DNA of 64,000 bases from Phoronis australis (lineage: Eukaryota; Animalia; Phoronida), in the NCBI GenBank assembly GCA_002633005.1, contig NMRA01000103.1:775612-839611 (forward strand). Reading direction: 5' to 3'. The notes beneath the pieces are model-generated. The model worked only from the letters and a program-made list of their open reading frames with translations, was not told the DNA's origin and did not search any database. Every line of letters starts with the position of its first letter. The stretch's first letter is position 1. Position numbers and translations under genes: made by a program. Shown here one piece after another: positions 62,283 to 64,000 of the stretch.

Positions 62283-64000
62283 CTGATTGAAAGATTGAAA
62301 TGGCTATAAAATGCTAAATTAAGAAATTTGTGTATTTTTGTGTAATACGAATTTTCCATGCTGTGAACATTCCCACTAAACGAGATGATGTCACAACCCC
62401 ACTGATCAGGGAAAACTGTGGGGTTTGGCCGATTGAACTAGACCGTATTTATCCACCTTGGCTTTGTTGTGCTCAGCTCACAATCAAAGGGATCCCGCCT
62501 AGCTGCTCTAGTCATCGAGTCACGAGCGAGGATAACAGGCTTCGCTCATGCGGATACGATCAGCTGATTACAATCTAGCCTAGATGACCGTACTTTTTAT
62601 GAAGAGCGGTTTACATAGTTTTGAGTGTAATCTTTGAAAAGAGGAGAGAAAAAATGTTAGAACAACTTTGAATTTTTCAAATCGGCCCAAGATAAGAGAT
62701 TTTGCAACACAGCAACACTCACGATTACTTTCATTCGGTGCGCACGAACACAAAAATATAGGACCCAAGTTATTCAGATTTTGGAACACATGCATTGCAA
62801 TATTCAAAATGCGTTTATTTTAGCTCTTACAAGCTGTAAACGACAATGTTAAATTTCATTGTGCTCATTCATCGTCATCCGTCAAATCGGAAATTTCCAA
62901 GATGTGATCTGCGGCGTGCAAGTATTTATACAAAACAAATGATCGTTATGTTCCTGAAGTACGAACATTAAGAAACTTTAGCATGCCGTTATTATTGACA
63001 GGGACACGATAAAACCAATTTGGATTTTGACTATAGTCTTGATACAGCGAGCTGGCTGACCACTGCATCAGTGTCTCCGTTAGACCCAGAAATTTCATGC
63101 AGCCCGGGTAGTTCACCTCGTCCCCAACATGTAGATCGAGCCTAAGACTATTAGTGTTAATGTTTTACTCCACGGTAGAGCTAACTACCATTGGCCTGTG
63201 CACACAAAATCTGTGAGTTAACCGGCACTCACCTTGCACGTTGCAGCCGTTTAAGTGAAAAACAATCTAATGAATGCCATTTTCTTGCATAATCCTTCGC
63301 CTTTTGTAACAAAAGTCTGACACGCACGCGCTCGCTCACTCACTCTCATATACGCAGACGAACTTCAAAACAAACGTCACGTGACAACAACATATGTGTT
63401 CAGAGATTTTTCTCATGTTGTGGGGTACGATGTAGCGCAGATTTGGACTCATTTAATCTGGACTCCACATAAAGTTAAAAATTGTAAAACATAAGGAGGA
63501 TTTCAGGTAATTTGTTGAGTCGAAACTGTATTTTTATTCAAGAATTCAAGTTTTCCTATCGATGATCATGATTCAGTGACTTATCAGTCGGCAAGTTTTC
63601 GTCGTGGGATTTCAGCACAATTTTTTTTGAAAAATGATCGTAATTTAACAACCGAGTTTGATAGCAATGCACCACAATTTTGTAGAAAGACTGTCATAGA
63701 CTACAAATACGTCACAGAGACTAAATTTGATAAATTCTAGCTTCCGATTTTACCCACTTCGGAAACCGGGTTTCAACTGCCTTAGGCTACAATAAGCGTC
63801 CCCTCCCTGGGAAATGAATTTTTCTAAGCGCCCGGTATACAGCTTTCCTCCAAGGCCAGGTAATGCTACGACATATTCTTTGTTGCTTGTACGGATTGTT
63901 GCCATATTTTTCTTGTTTCCATAGCATAATGATGACGGAAATGAAAATGTTGCAAATTTGAATTTTAATGTTTGCATAATCCAGAAAATCAGAGGTAAGT

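Overview
Eukaryotic, AT-rich animal DNA that looks like a marine invertebrate; no prokaryotic features, RNA genes or CRISPR arrays were found. Two intron-rich genes lie tail to tail. (1) A Greatwall/MASTL kinase on the + strand: 13 phase-consistent coding exons from 8930 to the stop at 21241. Its first coding exon was not found, and one exon appears twice across a single N, most likely an assembly artefact. (2) The 3' part of a very large MALRD1/MLRP-like membrane protein on the - strand: 29 exons, 62282 down to 25335, about 4,760 codons in the window, with ~23 MAM domains, ~18 LDLa domains, one EGF domain, a transmembrane helix and two NPxY motifs. It includes intronless internal exons of 7,170 and 2,925 bp. 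The rest is transposon debris: a spliced hAT (ZNF862-like) pseudogene, a mariner apparently nested in a Tc1-like relic, TTAA-flanked Kolobok-like elements, MITEs and minisatellites. There are also two Helentron-type non-autonomous elements, each carrying eight regularly spaced CTCF-like motifs. I cannot demonstrate a wholly new system. The best leads are the CTCF-motif-array elements and the contrast between intronless and intron-rich copies of the same MAM/LDLa super-repeat. All calls come from manual reading and translation; no database searches were run.
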